DNA from: Diplonema japonicum
Taxonomy: Eukaryota; Protista; Euglenozoa: Diplonemea
Reading direction: 5' to 3'
DNA: 64,000 bases
Assembly: GCA_964019335.1 (NCBI GenBank)
Contig: OZ025717.1
Span: 62,001 to 126,000, forward strand
Positions 11,797 through 22,696 of this stretch are shown in pieces; position 1 is the first letter of the stretch, and each line of letters starts with the position of its first letter. Made by a program: the position numbers and the translations under genes. A model generated the notes under the pieces. The model ran no database searches. It worked only from the letters and a program-made list of their open reading frames with translations, and was not told the origin of the DNA.

Positions 11797-13152
11797 TCAA
11801 AGACCCGGCCAGTTCCCTGTGGTAGGGTCGCACTTGGTGTAGACGGGAGCGGGACCCCACCTCCAGGTAGGTTTGATGATGTCGTTGAGGTTGGCGGCGA
11901 GCTCGGGGGCGAGCTTGGTGCCGTTGGGGTTGGTGGTGGGGCTCGGGTTCACGGACCACACGAAGGCCCCCAGGAAGCCGTTCTGCTTGGCGTAGGTGGC
12001 GATCTCCTTGTCGGCGGCCATCCCCTCCCACACGCCGCCCGCCGCCTGCTCGCCGGGTTCGAAGCCGATGTTGATCTTCTCCTTCGGGACCTTCCCGTAG
12101 GTCACGAAGTTGTTCATGATGGTCGTGAAGTTCAGCTGCAGCGCCCCTGCAGGGGTCCCCGCGTCGTAGGCCATGATGTTCGCGGTGTCGAAGCTCGCCC
12201 CCGACTGCGGCCAGATCTTCGCCCCTTCGTTGTCCGTCGCGAAGGTCTGGTTCGGGCGCGGGCTCCCCGGGAGCAGGTAGTTCCAAGGGTTCCCTGCGGG
12301 GAGGAAGGCGTTGAAGCGCGTCGTCCACGACACCTCCAGGTGGTCCGGCCCGTTCTTCCCCACCTCGTCCATGAAGTTCATGTTGGTCTGGTAGTAGGGC
12401 TTCATGTCGGCCTGCTGCCACGGCTGCAGGGCGTTGTACTCCGCCTCCAGCTGCTGCTTCCTCGTCGCCGCGAAGCTGCTCCACTGCGGCTTCACGTTGC
12501 TGTCCAGCTCCTCCCGCAGGGCCGCCACCAGCGCGTTGTACGCCGCGAACTCGTCGTCCCCGTTGATCGTCGCGAACGGCGTCAGGTGCTCGAAGTCCAG
12601 GTCCACCCCGTCCGCGAAGGTCCACAGCACCAGCTTCCCCATCAGCTTCGCGATCGAGCGCGCGTTCTGAACGCTCCCCACCCGCGCGAAGTCGCTCCAC
12701 CCGCCGAGCGAGATCTTGAACCTCTTCGGCCCGTCGGGGTGCATCTTCGCCATCCGCGACGACTCCGCGATCGACACGATCCCAGGGGTCGCCGCCGACG
12801 TCGACGGGGTGATCGCCGCCGCCCCGTTCTTCGACGCCGCCGCCAGGTAGATCGCCTTCCCGTCCCACACGGGGCACGGCCCTGAGGCCCCGCCAGAAGT
12901 CCCGTTCGGAGCGTTGCTGCAGCTCACCTGCGACGGTGTCGGGTTCTCCGTCAGGAAGGTGAACCCGTAGTTCACGCTCGAGTACGGCTTCAGCGACGTG
13001 ATGTACGGCTGGGGTTCGAAGCACCCCATCAGGCAGTTCCCGGGGATGTTGTTGTCCCACCACTTCACGTTCACCCAGTCCTCAAGGTACCCCAGCAGCT
13101 CGTTCCCGCTGCACACTCCTGCAAGCAGCAGCACAAGGAGAAGCGTCTTCAT
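11797..13152 (-). CDS. Secreted GH18 chitinase
   Basis: Signal peptide MKTLLLVLLLAGVCSG; SLGGW, intact DGVDLDFE catalytic motif, MAYD and terminal GAFVW. Intronless with high GC3. Confidence 0.9.
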   Translation of the reverse strand: MKTLLLVLLLAGVCSGNELLGYLEDWVNVKWWDNNIPGNCLMGCFEPQPYITSLKPYSSVNYGFTFLTENPTPSQVSCSNAPNGTSGGASGPCPVWDGKAIYLAAASKNGAAAITPSTSAATPGIVSIAESSRMAKMHPDGPKRFKISLGGWSDFARVGSVQNARSIAKLMGKLVLWTFADGVDLDFEHLTPFATINGDDEFAAYNALVAALREELDSNVKPQWSSFAATRKQQLEAEYNALQPWQQADMKPYYQTNMNFMDEVGKNGPDHLEVSWTTRFNAFLPAGNPWNYLLPGSPRPNQTFATDNEGAKIWPQSGASFDTANIMAYDAGTPAGALQLNFTTIMNNFVTYGKVPKEKINIGFEPGEQAAGGVWEGMAADKEIATYAKQNGFLGAFVWSVNPSPTTNPNGTKLAPELAANLNDIIKPTWRWGPAPVYTKCDPTTGNWPGL

Positions 13153-13934
13153 TTTGATGGTGTTGTTGTTGTGAGCGCACTGTCGATGCTGTTGTTGTGT
13201 TGCGCAGGGAAGGGACGAGGGGTGCTCAAATGAAATAGCTTGAAGAAAGTGTAATGCGACGAAGTGATGTCTTTCTCGTTCATTAAAAAGAAAAAGCAAA
13301 AGAAAATCGCGCGAATAAGGGAGAGGAGGGAGGGAGGGATGTAAAAAAAAGAGAGGCAAACAATTAGAGTTTCTGTTCTCTTTCTTTCCTTTTTATTACA
13401 TTCTTCTTCTTCTTCTTCTTCTTGTTCGTGCTATTTCTAACCTTTCATTCTTCCCTGGAAGGGGCTCCATCTAGCTCAGAAGATTCAATCTTAATCCCAT
13501 TTGCACCAGGTGTTGGAAGAAAATGAGAAGAGGAAGAAAAACAAAGAAGGCAAAGAAGAAAGGGCTAAAAGGACAGAAGAGGGGGAGGGGGGGGGGACTT
13601 AAAAGTGCTCCACAGAAAGGGGTACTTTTAAAAGAAAACGCAAAAAAAACCAAAAGAAAAGAAAAACAAAACCAATCGTGGCGCTCGTGTTAGTTGTGCA
13701 CAGCAGCACCTTTAAGGTATGCAGACCATGCTTCCAACGAATAGTTTAGCAGAGTCATAGAAAAAGAGGGAGAGGGAAAGAAAATTGGAGAGAGCGCGAA
13801 TACCGGCAAAAGGCGGAACAAGGAGGGCATTTATCGTGTCGAATACCTTTCCTTGTCTCTTAACCACTGCTTTGTTGTTTTTTCTTCCCTCTCACCCTCG
13901 ATTCTTTCTTTTTTCTTTTTTTAAAATTATTGTT

Positions 13935-14960
13935 TCAAAGACACACACACGGCCTGTTCGGCCCTGTGGTGCCTGGTTTCACATTGTTCTTGGCAGGACA
14001 CCAGTCCTCTCCCACATTTTGGGAGGTGGAGAAGACCGCGACGTGAGGGGCATCTGTGGAGACAGGGATGTCGAGGGTCTCGCCTGCTTGGAGGGTTTTG
14101 TGGAAGACGGTCATGGTCTGGGTCTGCGAGGAGCCTGCGGGGGTGAAGATGGGGGCGCACGAGGAACCCCTCCAGGACTGCGAGAGGAGGAAGCCGGGGA
14201 TCCCACCGTTCTTCCCGCGGGAGCAAGGGGGGCAGTGGTACACCGCAACGAAGAAGTTGCAGGCTTCACCCTTCTGAGCACAGCACTCCAGCTTGATCTC
14301 GTCACCGGGGGCAAGAGGAGGCAAGCTGTACACAGCAGCGGCCTCCAGGACCCCGGGAGGGTTCGCGAGCGTCCTCTCCGCGGACACCGCCTTCCTGTCC
14401 ACGAACGATGAGGGTGGGTGCCTCGTCTCCGTCCCGCTCTTCACAGTCGTCGCCCCACCGCACGTCGCGCAGCAGTCCGCCCTGCCCCTGATCAGGAAGG
14501 GGTTGACCCCCGGGTTCAGCTCCCTGCAGTTGTTTCTCCCGCACACCAGACCATCCCCGCACTCCGAGTCGTAGTCGCAGTCCCCTTCGCCGTGCTTGCA
14601 CCCAGGGTTCAGGAAGCAGTAGTTGCGGTGGAAGGGCTGCATGTTCTCGCAGCAGTCGTATGACCTGCGGTACACGTGATCCATACCAGGGTGCATCTCC
14701 CTGCAGTTATTGTACCCGCACACCAGGTCCCCCTTGCACTCCCGGTCCCTGTCGCAGTCACCGCCCCCATGCCCACAGGGCCCGTTCTTGCAGTAGTGTC
14801 TGTTCCCCGGCGACCCGAAGGTCAACCCTTGGACCACGGGTTCCGCATCCTCCTCCGTTTCCTCTTCGGTGCGGTCCCATTCATCCCCAGGCTGCTCCCC
14901 CTCGATGGCCCCCATCGAAGCAACCGACATCGTCACCACCACCAGGGCAAGTGTCTTCAT
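13935..14960 (-). CDS. Secreted cysteine-rich protein with two GDCD-type repeats
   Basis: Signal peptide MKTLALVVVTMSVASMG; two copies of YC..PxC..GxGDCDxDxECxxxLVCGxNNCRE..P; Cys-containing C-terminal domain. Confidence 0.8.
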   Translation of the reverse strand: MKTLALVVVTMSVASMGAIEGEQPGDEWDRTEEETEEDAEPVVQGLTFGSPGNRHYCKNGPCGHGGGDCDRDRECKGDLVCGYNNCREMHPGMDHVYRRSYDCCENMQPFHRNYCFLNPGCKHGEGDCDYDSECGDGLVCGRNNCRELNPGVNPFLIRGRADCCATCGGATTVKSGTETRHPPSSFVDRKAVSAERTLANPPGVLEAAAVYSLPPLAPGDEIKLECCAQKGEACNFFVAVYHCPPCSRGKNGGIPGFLLSQSWRGSSCAPIFTPAGSSQTQTMTVFHKTLQAGETLDIPVSTDAPHVAVFSTSQNVGEDWCPAKNNVKPGTTGPNRPCVCL

Positions 14961-15483
14961 TATTTCTTCTTTTTTTTTTTTTTGTTGTTGTAAGCTGTTT
15001 ATGTGGTGTGCACAGCAGGCGTGATCAAAAGCAGAAGAAGAAAGAAGAAAACCCTTACGATCGGCGACACCCATGAGATGGTTGCTGCTGTCGTTGGTTC
15101 TGTGGGTTCCCCACAAGGACACCGTCAAGGAAACCGCAGGCTTCTTGGTGCGTTGGAAATGAGGGGAAAACAAAAAAAGAAAACTAACAAGAAGTGAGAG
15201 GGAATGTAGATCCTTTGAATCGGCCTCCTTACACGAGGACGCCTTCTCTAAAGAAGCAGCTAGAAGGGAAGGTGTTTACTGAATTATTTTCGCTTTCATT
15301 TTTTCTTTAAATTGCATTTTTTTATCATCTTGAGGTGTTTCAATTAGGAAGCGTTAGGGAGCCTTTGTGGCTCGCCACTTCCAATTCGTTTCATTTTAGT
15401 TTTCATTTTTATTTTTTCCATTTTCGAGGGTTCATTTCCTCCGAGAGACACAAATTCTTGTGTCTACATTTGCAAAAAAAAAG

Positions 15484-16270
15484 GGTGTCTTTGAAGGGAA
15501 CCTGCAGTATGTGACAGGATCGCCTAACGACAATCAACTCATCTAGTGTTTGATCCCTTCTGTCGTGGTAGTGCCTTAGGCCCGTCGTAGTATCTCATCA
15601 GCAGCTTGGGCGTGAAACCAACTAGCGAGTTGTTGAGGATGCAATGCGTTCGCATTTGTTCCTCTAGGATCGAGTGGGTGACCTTCGGGGACGCGAAGAT
15701 CGGACGAGTGGAGTAGCCAGTGACGGCATGGCTGTGGAACCCTAGGGTGCGTAGTGAGTGTACTGACTTCATAGTTTCTGCCGGAATCAGATGATTCCCC
15801 GTCCCTTTTAGATGGATCCTTTCTAAGACGCTGAGAATCCTGCCGAGCTTTCTCGCCCAGCACGCTATGTCTTCCCCAACCTGTGGAGCCTTTCCGTTGC
15901 AATGAGGTCGACTGCTAGTTCCGCTTTAGAAACTTGCCCGCCTTCCTCGCCCCATTTTAGGGCATTCAGCCAGTTGAGGACAAATGGGATTAGGCCTGGG
16001 AAGTATTTCTTCTGCAGCCCATGCTCGTGGTACCAGGGGAGAGGCTTCGGGGTTAAGAGGTTCCCCGGTCGGAATGGTCTATTCCAGAAATGCTGTTTCG
16101 TGTACCTGACCTGCTTGTCGGCGTGCAGGTTCTCGAGCTTGCCTGCCACTTCTGCTAGCATCAGGTGGAGCTCCTTGACTCTCGATAATGATGCCGTGTA
16201 CGCGGGTGCAGATTGGCCAGTTGATGTGTTCTTGCACTAGCCATTCGCGGTCGGCGTTGGCCGTTCTAAA
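15484..16270 (-). mobile_element. Degenerate retroelement 3' relic (probably non-LTR)
   Basis: Broken frames encode WLNALKW..VSKAELAVD and VHSLRTLG..GYSTRPIF, homologous to the ORF at 30358-30714. Its terminal 40 bp recur at 43979-44018. The non-LTR assignment is from recalled motif resemblance. Confidence 0.6.
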
Positions 16271-16394
16271 ACCGGCGTGTGCCGGGCAGTGCCAAAAAAA
16301 AAAAAAAAAAAATAGAATCTTCCCTACCAAAAACGCCAGGAACGAAACCCTCAGGGTTTTAGTGTTTGTATTCTTCTTGCTCTCAAAGGTACCA

Positions 16395-17053
16395 TCACGC
16401 CTTGTACGCAGCGTGGACCCCTGTCGCATCCTTGTAGTAGGCCTTCACTTGGGGGATGTTAGCAACCATCTTGGCATGCTTTGTGATGTGTGTGTACGTG
16501 TCGAGGCAGTCTTTGGGGAGCCCGTCGAGCCAGCCTGACTTCAGGGGCTGCAGCCAGGTGAAGGCGCAGATGTCTGCGAGGGTGAGGGAGTCTCCAACGG
16601 CGAACCCAGACGAGGACTTCGCGAGAAGGGAATCCACGAAGGCGAACCACTTCGTGAGCTCGCCCCCCTCCGCCACTAGGGCCGCGCAGCGCTCTTCTCC
16701 GCCTCGTCCGCGATCGCGAAGGTCTTCCCCAGGGGCCCGAACACCTCCCCCACAATGTCGCAGAACTCATCCACCTTCAACGCCATCACCGCCTCTTGAG
16801 GGTACAGCGGCTTCCCTCCCACGGACGACACCTTTCCTGCGTACCGCATGATGGCCCCGCTCTGTCCAATCACCTCGTCGTCCACCTTCAACAGCGGCAG
16901 CTGCCTCGGTGCAACCTCAGGCTTGATCTTCGCCCCCCATTCCTCCCCAGTCACCTTCTCATCCTCGAACGCGATGCCCCCCACTGCAAGCGCCAGTCGC
17001 GCAGGCTCCGCACGACCAGGAAGCGCGAAGTACACAATCTTGATGGCAGGCAT
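16395..17053 (-). pseudogene. Sigma-like glutathione S-transferase with one frameshift (pseudogene or sequencing error)
   Basis: YFALPGRAEPARL, QLPLL and QSGAIMRY in one frame; VGDSLTLAD in another. The frame breaks near 16676-16690 with no intron to explain it. Confidence 0.8.
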
Positions 17054-17368
17054 TGTGGTGTGGTGTGTGGTGTGGTGCTGTAGGTGGGTTTTTTTCTTTT
17101 TCATGTGTGCAGTATGTTTCCGACTCAAAAAAACTGTAAAAGATTTAAAAGGAAACCAAGGGAGGTAGTTGAAAAAAAGGGAAATTAAGTTCGAACGAGA
17201 AAAAAAAAGAATAGACAAGTTTTTCTTTGTTTGTGTGCAACAGTTACAAATCCTTACCGCATAACGCTGCCCAACATTCTTTTTTTATAACTACAAGAAC
17301 AAGTGTTTTTGTTCATCATTCAAAAAAAAAAAAAAAAAAAGAAAAGAAAAGAAGTGGAAAAAGAAAGT

Positions 17369-17631
17369 GATTGAAAGTTCGAGGGGAAGGGAGCAGCCGT
17401 CTTGCGCGGTACTCGACCGTTGGTCGGGCAACACCTCGTGTCCTGTGCGTGCGACTCGACCGTGATCTCTCCGAACAAAAGGCAGCCACAGAGGCGGCCT
17501 GGGAAAGGCACGAGAGGGCAACGCAAGCCAGACAGAGGAGCTGTTCCAAACATGTGTTGGGCCCAAGGCAACGGGAGCACCTGCTGCGGAGACGGCATCA
17601 AGGGGCAGGTTGTTGGCAAAGCCAGGCCTGG
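17369..17631 (+). mobile_element. Possible retroelement-derived fragment
   Basis: High-complexity GC-rich island between homopolymer tracts, with a broken frame AAWERH..KHVLGP..CCG. Confidence 0.25.
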
Positions 17632-17826
17632 AAAATTGTGAAAAAATTAATTAGAAAAGAAAAAGAAAGAAGGAAGGAAGGGGAAAAGATGAGTCCCCCT
17701 TTTGTTTTCATTGTTCGTATTTGAGTACATGTCCTGCTTCACTTCTTAAATGGCGAGAGGGAGAGCGAGAGAGAGAGAGTGTGTGTGGTTGTACTTTTTG
17801 GCAGCCACAAGAATCGGAGCTTCTTC

Positions 17827-20091
17827 TCAGGCACTGATGCGGCTCTCGCGGAGCTTGTGGGCGGCGGCGACCATGTTCTTGAGGGAGGGGATGACCTCGT
17901 CCCACTTCCTGGTCTTCAGGCCGCAGTCGGGGTTCACCCAGGTCCTGGAAGGGGGAAGGAGGAGAAGGAGGCCTTGGAGGCGGGCCGCCATGTCGTCCAT
18001 AGTGGGGACCACCGGGGAGTGGATGTCGTAGACCCCTGCGCCAAGGTCGCGGGCATAGCCATAGGAGGAGAGGGCTGCCACCATCTCCCCTGCGCTCCTG
18101 GAGTTCTCAATGGTGAGGACGTCGGCATCCATCCCGTCGATCCTCCCGATGATGTCCTCGAAGGTGGAGTAGCACATGTGCGTCACCACCTGCGTCGAGG
18201 GGCGCGCCCCGCAGGTCGACAGCCTGAAACACGCCACCGCCCACTCCAGGTACTTCTCGCTCTCCTCCTTCTTCAGCGGCATCCTCTCCCGAAGGGCCGC
18301 CTCGTCCACCTGCACCACCCTGCACCCTGCCGCTTCCAGGTCCGCCACCTCCTCCCTCACAGCGAGCGCCACCTCCACTGCCTGCTCCGCACGCGGCACG
18401 TCCACCCTGCAGAATGACCAGTTCAGGATCGTCACGGGGCCCGTCAGCATCCCCTTCACGGGCACCGCCCCGCTCGCCTTCTGGCACACAGCGAACTCCC
18501 GCACCGTCATTGCCGCCCCTCCCTTCCGAACCACCGCCCCGTGGATCACAGGGGGACGCACATACCGAGACCCGTACGACTGCACCCACCCGTGCCTCGT
18601 CAGCAGCATCCCATCCAGCTTCTGCGCGAAATACTCCACCATGTCGCTCCTCTCAGCCTCCCCGTGCACGAACACGTCCAGCCCGATCTCCTTCTGGATC
18701 CCCACCACCCTCTCGATCTCCTTGTCGATCTGCTCCTCGTACGCAGCCTTCCCCACCTTCCCCTCCTTCCACTCCCGTCGCAGCTTTCGGATCTCTGCCG
18801 TCTGAGGGAACGACCCGATCGTCGTCGTCGGGAAGTCCGGAAGCTCCGCCAGCTGCTTCCCCCTGCGCTCCTTGAAGGGCTCGCTACGGGTGTACATCTC
18901 GGGGGTTACCCCCTTCGCTCCCTCCACTCCGCTGAGGTTGTCCTCCCCGATCCATGTTGCGGCAGTAGAAGAGGAATCGGATGAGGCGAGCTTCGTCAGA
19001 ACCTCGAGCTTCTGCTTCGCGAACGCAAGCTTCGCCCTCACCTCCGCAGGGATGCTCCCCTCCTCCTCATGGTCCAGGTCGTAGGGAACGAACTGCAGGG
19101 AGCAGGAGGGAGCAACCACCACCCTCGCGTCGTCCTGCACCGCCTTCCGGATCCTCTGCAGGATGCCCCCCGCCGCGGCCTCATTCCTCCACACGTTGCG
19201 CCCGTCGACCACCCCGGCACCGAGCTCCTTCGTCGCGGGGAAGCCCTTCTCCTCCACAATCTCCACCATCGCCTTGCTCCTGCAGAAGTCGAGCGTCACG
19301 CGCTTCACGGGGAGCTCCACCACGTAGCTGTAGACAGCAGGGCTCAGGGAGTCGAAGTGCACGCACAGGTTCACAGCAGGCCCGCCGCACCCGCCGAGCT
19401 CCTTGTAAGCGGCCGTTGTAAGGGAGCGCACCTCCTCCGTCTCCGCGTCGCTCATCACCAGCCACGGCTCGTGCAGCTGCACCTCCTTCACCCCCGCCCT
19501 GCTCAGCTCCCCCAGCAGCTCCTTGTACAAGGGCACCAGATCCTTCACCAGAGCCGCAGCCGTCCTCCCTTCCGCGTACTTGCAGAGCTTTCCGAGGGTC
19601 ACAGGCCCCAGCACGATCGGGACCACCGCATCCGCCTTCGCCGCCTTGCTGCGGAGGAGCTGCACGTGCGCCAAAAAGGGAGCGAAGTTCCCGCGGGGGA
19701 CCGTGTCCGCCACCACCTCGGGCACCATGTAGTGGTAGTTCGAGTCGAAGTACTTTGTCATGTCCAGCGCGGGGATCCCGTCCCGGCCCCTCGCCTGCGT
19801 GAAGTAGGCGTCCAGCCCACCCAACCCCGCCTCCCTCACCCTCTTGCAGGTCAGCCCGAAGCGCTCGCTCCAGTCAAGCACGTGGTCGTACAGCGTGTGG
19901 TCCCCGACCCCGATCAGGCCCACCCCCGCAGCCTCCTGGTCCTGCAGGCTCTGCAGCGCCACCTTGTCGCTCACCTCCAGCAGCTCCGACTCTGTGATCT
20001 TCTTCCCCCAGTACTTCTCAAGTGCCATCTTCATCTCGCGCTTCGGTCCCGTGCGGGGGAAGCCAACAGTGGTCGTCCTCAGGTGCACCAT
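17827..20091 (-). CDS. metE: Cobalamin-independent methionine synthase
   Basis: GFPR N-terminus, MTKYFDSNYHY, TTTIGSFPQT, VHGEAER.DMVEYF, WVQSYGSR, and Zn ligands THMCYS and PDCGLKTR; 754 aa. Confidence 0.97.
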   Translation of the reverse strand: MVHLRTTTVGFPRTGPKREMKMALEKYWGKKITESELLEVSDKVALQSLQDQEAAGVGLIGVGDHTLYDHVLDWSERFGLTCKRVREAGLGGLDAYFTQARGRDGIPALDMTKYFDSNYHYMVPEVVADTVPRGNFAPFLAHVQLLRSKAAKADAVVPIVLGPVTLGKLCKYAEGRTAAALVKDLVPLYKELLGELSRAGVKEVQLHEPWLVMSDAETEEVRSLTTAAYKELGGCGGPAVNLCVHFDSLSPAVYSYVVELPVKRVTLDFCRSKAMVEIVEEKGFPATKELGAGVVDGRNVWRNEAAAGGILQRIRKAVQDDARVVVAPSCSLQFVPYDLDHEEEGSIPAEVRAKLAFAKQKLEVLTKLASSDSSSTAATWIGEDNLSGVEGAKGVTPEMYTRSEPFKERRGKQLAELPDFPTTTIGSFPQTAEIRKLRREWKEGKVGKAAYEEQIDKEIERVVGIQKEIGLDVFVHGEAERSDMVEYFAQKLDGMLLTRHGWVQSYGSRYVRPPVIHGAVVRKGGAAMTVREFAVCQKASGAVPVKGMLTGPVTILNWSFCRVDVPRAEQAVEVALAVREEVADLEAAGCRVVQVDEAALRERMPLKKEESEKYLEWAVACFRLSTCGARPSTQVVTHMCYSTFEDIIGRIDGMDADVLTIENSRSAGEMVAALSSYGYARDLGAGVYDIHSPVVPTMDDMAARLQGLLLLLPPSRTWVNPDCGLKTRKWDEVIPSLKNMVAAAHKLRESRISA

Positions 20092-20346
20092 CTTTACAGA
20101 GAGATCTTTTGTGGTTTGTTGTTTTTTGAGCTGTGGTGGTGGGTGCAGTTATCATAGCATTGAATTACAAGGAATGCTTCCGAAGAGGGTGGAGGGGAAT
20201 CAATGAAGAGAGTTATAAACGAGTATTATGCCATTGCTACCAGGCAAGATACTAATGAAAGATGGTTTTTGTTTTATAGTTTCTAAATCTACTCTTAAGA
20301 CATAGATCGAAGGTTTCAAGGTAATTCAGAGTTTGACAGAAAGGTC

Positions 20347-21036
20347 TCAAGGAACAGGGAGACCAGGGGACAAGGAGAGAAGGTGTCCATAGGTGACAGT
20401 GGGTCTGGCGGTGCTGACTGGGCCGTCGATGTGCGCGAGAGGCGTGGCCGTGCGTGTGACATGGATGAAGCGGCACTTTTCGTTATACCTGCAGTGCTTC
20501 GCCTGCTGGTACCACTTGCAGAGCTGCCCCTTCCCATTCCGTACCCCAGCGGTCACCAGCACCTCCTCCGATCTGTAAAGATGTGTCCCAGGTGCGGTTG
20601 ACCCCAACATGGTCCTTGCGTATGCTGCTACCACCTGCCCTTTTGCTAGCGTGTGTCCCTCGTGTGCCCTCCTCTCTTCTTCTTTTTCTTCTCTGGCACA
20701 TGCAGTGTCACATTCTTCCTTCCTTCCCCCTTCGCCCGTCCTAGCGCAGGGAGGTGACAACGTCTCTGACGCTTCCACATCTACGGAACCGACGCATCCT
20801 ACGTGCCTGTTGATACCTTTCACGTGGACGAATATGCACTTTTCACCCCACGCGCAGCACCTTCCCCTCAGTAAACTGCTGCACACAGGGCGGTTCAGTC
20901 CGAACTCTTCCACCCTGCCGACCCCTCGCGTCACGAACACCTCCTCAGATGGAACTAGCAACGTCCCCACTCCCACGCCGCCTTCGATCACCTGGCACCT
21001 CACCACGCCTCCCGCATCGTGAAGTATGCCCTCCAT
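20347..21036 (-). CDS. CCCH-type zinc-finger protein
   Basis: Two CCCH-like units: CSSLLRGRCCAWGEKCIFVH and CKWYQQAKHCRYNEKCRFIH. Confidence 0.7.
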   Translation of the reverse strand: MEGILHDAGGVVRCQVIEGGVGVGTLLVPSEEVFVTRGVGRVEEFGLNRPVCSSLLRGRCCAWGEKCIFVHVKGINRHVGCVGSVDVEASETLSPPCARTGEGGRKEECDTACAREEKEEERRAHEGHTLAKGQVVAAYARTMLGSTAPGTHLYRSEEVLVTAGVRNGKGQLCKWYQQAKHCRYNEKCRFIHVTRTATPLAHIDGPVSTARPTVTYGHLLSLSPGLPVP

Positions 21037-21621
21037 GCTCTTGTCTTCTCCGTGTAAACTGCTTTCGCTATGGTAAAGCTCTGGACACCTGAGGAGAGGC
21101 GGAGGCCCTCCAAAGGACCGCCACTAATGTAGAATAGAATATAGTCGGTAAGTGAAAAATGGGAGAAAGAAATTATGCTTAAGACCACGAGTGTTGCAAC
21201 ATCCTGGCACTAATAATCTATCAACACAAAGCATGCGAGTTCCACATGTTGAGTACGTATTCAAGGCGTTTTTCGAAAAAAAAGGAATCGGGCGTGAATG
21301 GTGCGCGAACGGCTAGATAACTCAAGTTGTTATCCAAAAGACACCATTGAAGCACCGGAATACCCTTGCAGGAAAGTAGAGAGATAAAAAAAATTGAAAG
21401 GTTCACCTCCAGAACAAATCTCGAGTGTAAGCCAAAGACGGGAGGAGAGGGAGAATATTCTTCTGCTTCAAAATAAAACATAAAGACGAACACCACACGA
21501 CAGTGGGCGGAGGGGGGGGGGGAAGAAAAAGTGAAACCAATTCACCTTGATCTTCTCTTTTTTAACATTTCTTTTTTCCCCCCTCCGCATAATTTCAAAA
21601 ACGGTGGGGGAAAAAAAAGAG

Positions 21622-21656
<35 letters not shown>

Positions 21657-21727
21657 AAACAAAACAAAGAAAAAAATCACTCGAAATGGGGGGAAGGGAA
21701 GGGAAAACACCAAAAAAAAAAAAAAAA

Positions 21728-22696
21728 TCAAAACTGACAACAAAGATCAGACAACCTACTATGCAGTGAGTCAGCCGTGTCAGCAGCCGACACAACATGG
21801 GGTTCAGTCCACACCAGCTTACACAACGGTTCCTCCTCGGGACAGTGCAGTTCACCTAGATAAGGGTGGCTGAGAACCGCGTCGGGGTGCAACCTCTTAC
21901 CAGGCTCAAGCTGCAGCAGCCCATTGAGAAGATGCGCGTCGATCCTGGAAGAGACGGGAATGGTGTGCGATGGCTTTGCCAAAATTCGTGAAAGCTGATC
22001 CTTGGAGCCACACCCGGGGTACAACGGTTTCTTCGTTAGGAGCAACCCGAAAATACACCCGAGAGCCCACAGATCGCACGAGAAGCTCGTCGGCGCCAAC
22101 AAACAACTTTCAGGAGCTAAATACCACCAACATGTGAGCACAGGGTCACGAGGGACAGTTCGGTTGTGAAAGGACGTCAGTGCCACGTCACACCGTGAGT
22201 TGATGCGTACCGAGGAAGGGTTCAGGTCACCATGAAAAACCCCTGCAGAATGTGCATAGAAAAGCCCCCTTGTAATCTGATACATAATGTACTTCCTATG
22301 TGACTCAGACAAGCTGTTCTTCATCGCTTGCGTTAGATCTGTTTGAAACGAAGGCATCACCACCGATATGTTACCCAGTCTCTTGTCCATTACCACGTTC
22401 CTCACGTAGTGGATGTTTTCGTGGCGGCCTAGAACCTGTAGAATCTCTAACTCGCGGATGGCTTTTTCACATTCACCTACTGTCCTGACTGGGACTACTT
22501 TTATTTCCACTTTTCTGCCTGTTTGCTCGTTTCGAGCCTCATAGACATCTCTTCCTAATCGTCTCTCGATTTTGCACCATTTGGCTACTGCTACCTGCAT
22601 CTCTTTTTCTCCCTCTTCTCCCCTTTCTCTTATCCTGTAAACGTGCTTCCCCCGTTCTGTATCGACAGGGGGGAGAATTTCATATGGGTGTCCCAT
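21728..22696 (-). CDS. MAPK-like pseudokinase
   Basis: MAPK scaffold (RELEIL..GRHENI, TDL, YIMYQI, WYLAPE, DLWALGCI, HPYL..LH.PEEEP). No Gly-rich loop, HRD is HGD, DFG is SFH, no TxY. Confidence 0.8.
   Translation of the reverse strand: MGHPYEILPPVDTERGKHVYRIRERGEEGEKEMQVAVAKWCKIERRLGRDVYEARNEQTGRKVEIKVVPVRTVGECEKAIRELEILQVLGRHENIHYVRNVVMDKRLGNISVVMPSFQTDLTQAMKNSLSESHRKYIMYQITRGLFYAHSAGVFHGDLNPSSVRINSRCDVALTSFHNRTVPRDPVLTCWWYLAPESCLLAPTSFSCDLWALGCIFGLLLTKKPLYPGCGSKDQLSRILAKPSHTIPVSSRIDAHLLNGLLQLEPGKRLHPDAVLSHPYLGELHCPEEEPLCKLVWTEPHVVSAADTADSLHSRLSDLCCQF

Noticed and set aside
11696-13063. 455-aa alternative-frame ORF over the chitinase (likewise 26463-27728, 19069-20157, 26519-27328)
   Set aside because: Shadow ORFs caused by extreme GC3 in the real gene; Arg/Gly/Ala-rich with no motifs.
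15539-15772. HSLR...RYY read as a tyrosine recombinase motif
   Set aside because: The homologous ORF at 30358-30714 has KSLI at this position, so HSLR is not conserved; it fits the retro-relic family better.
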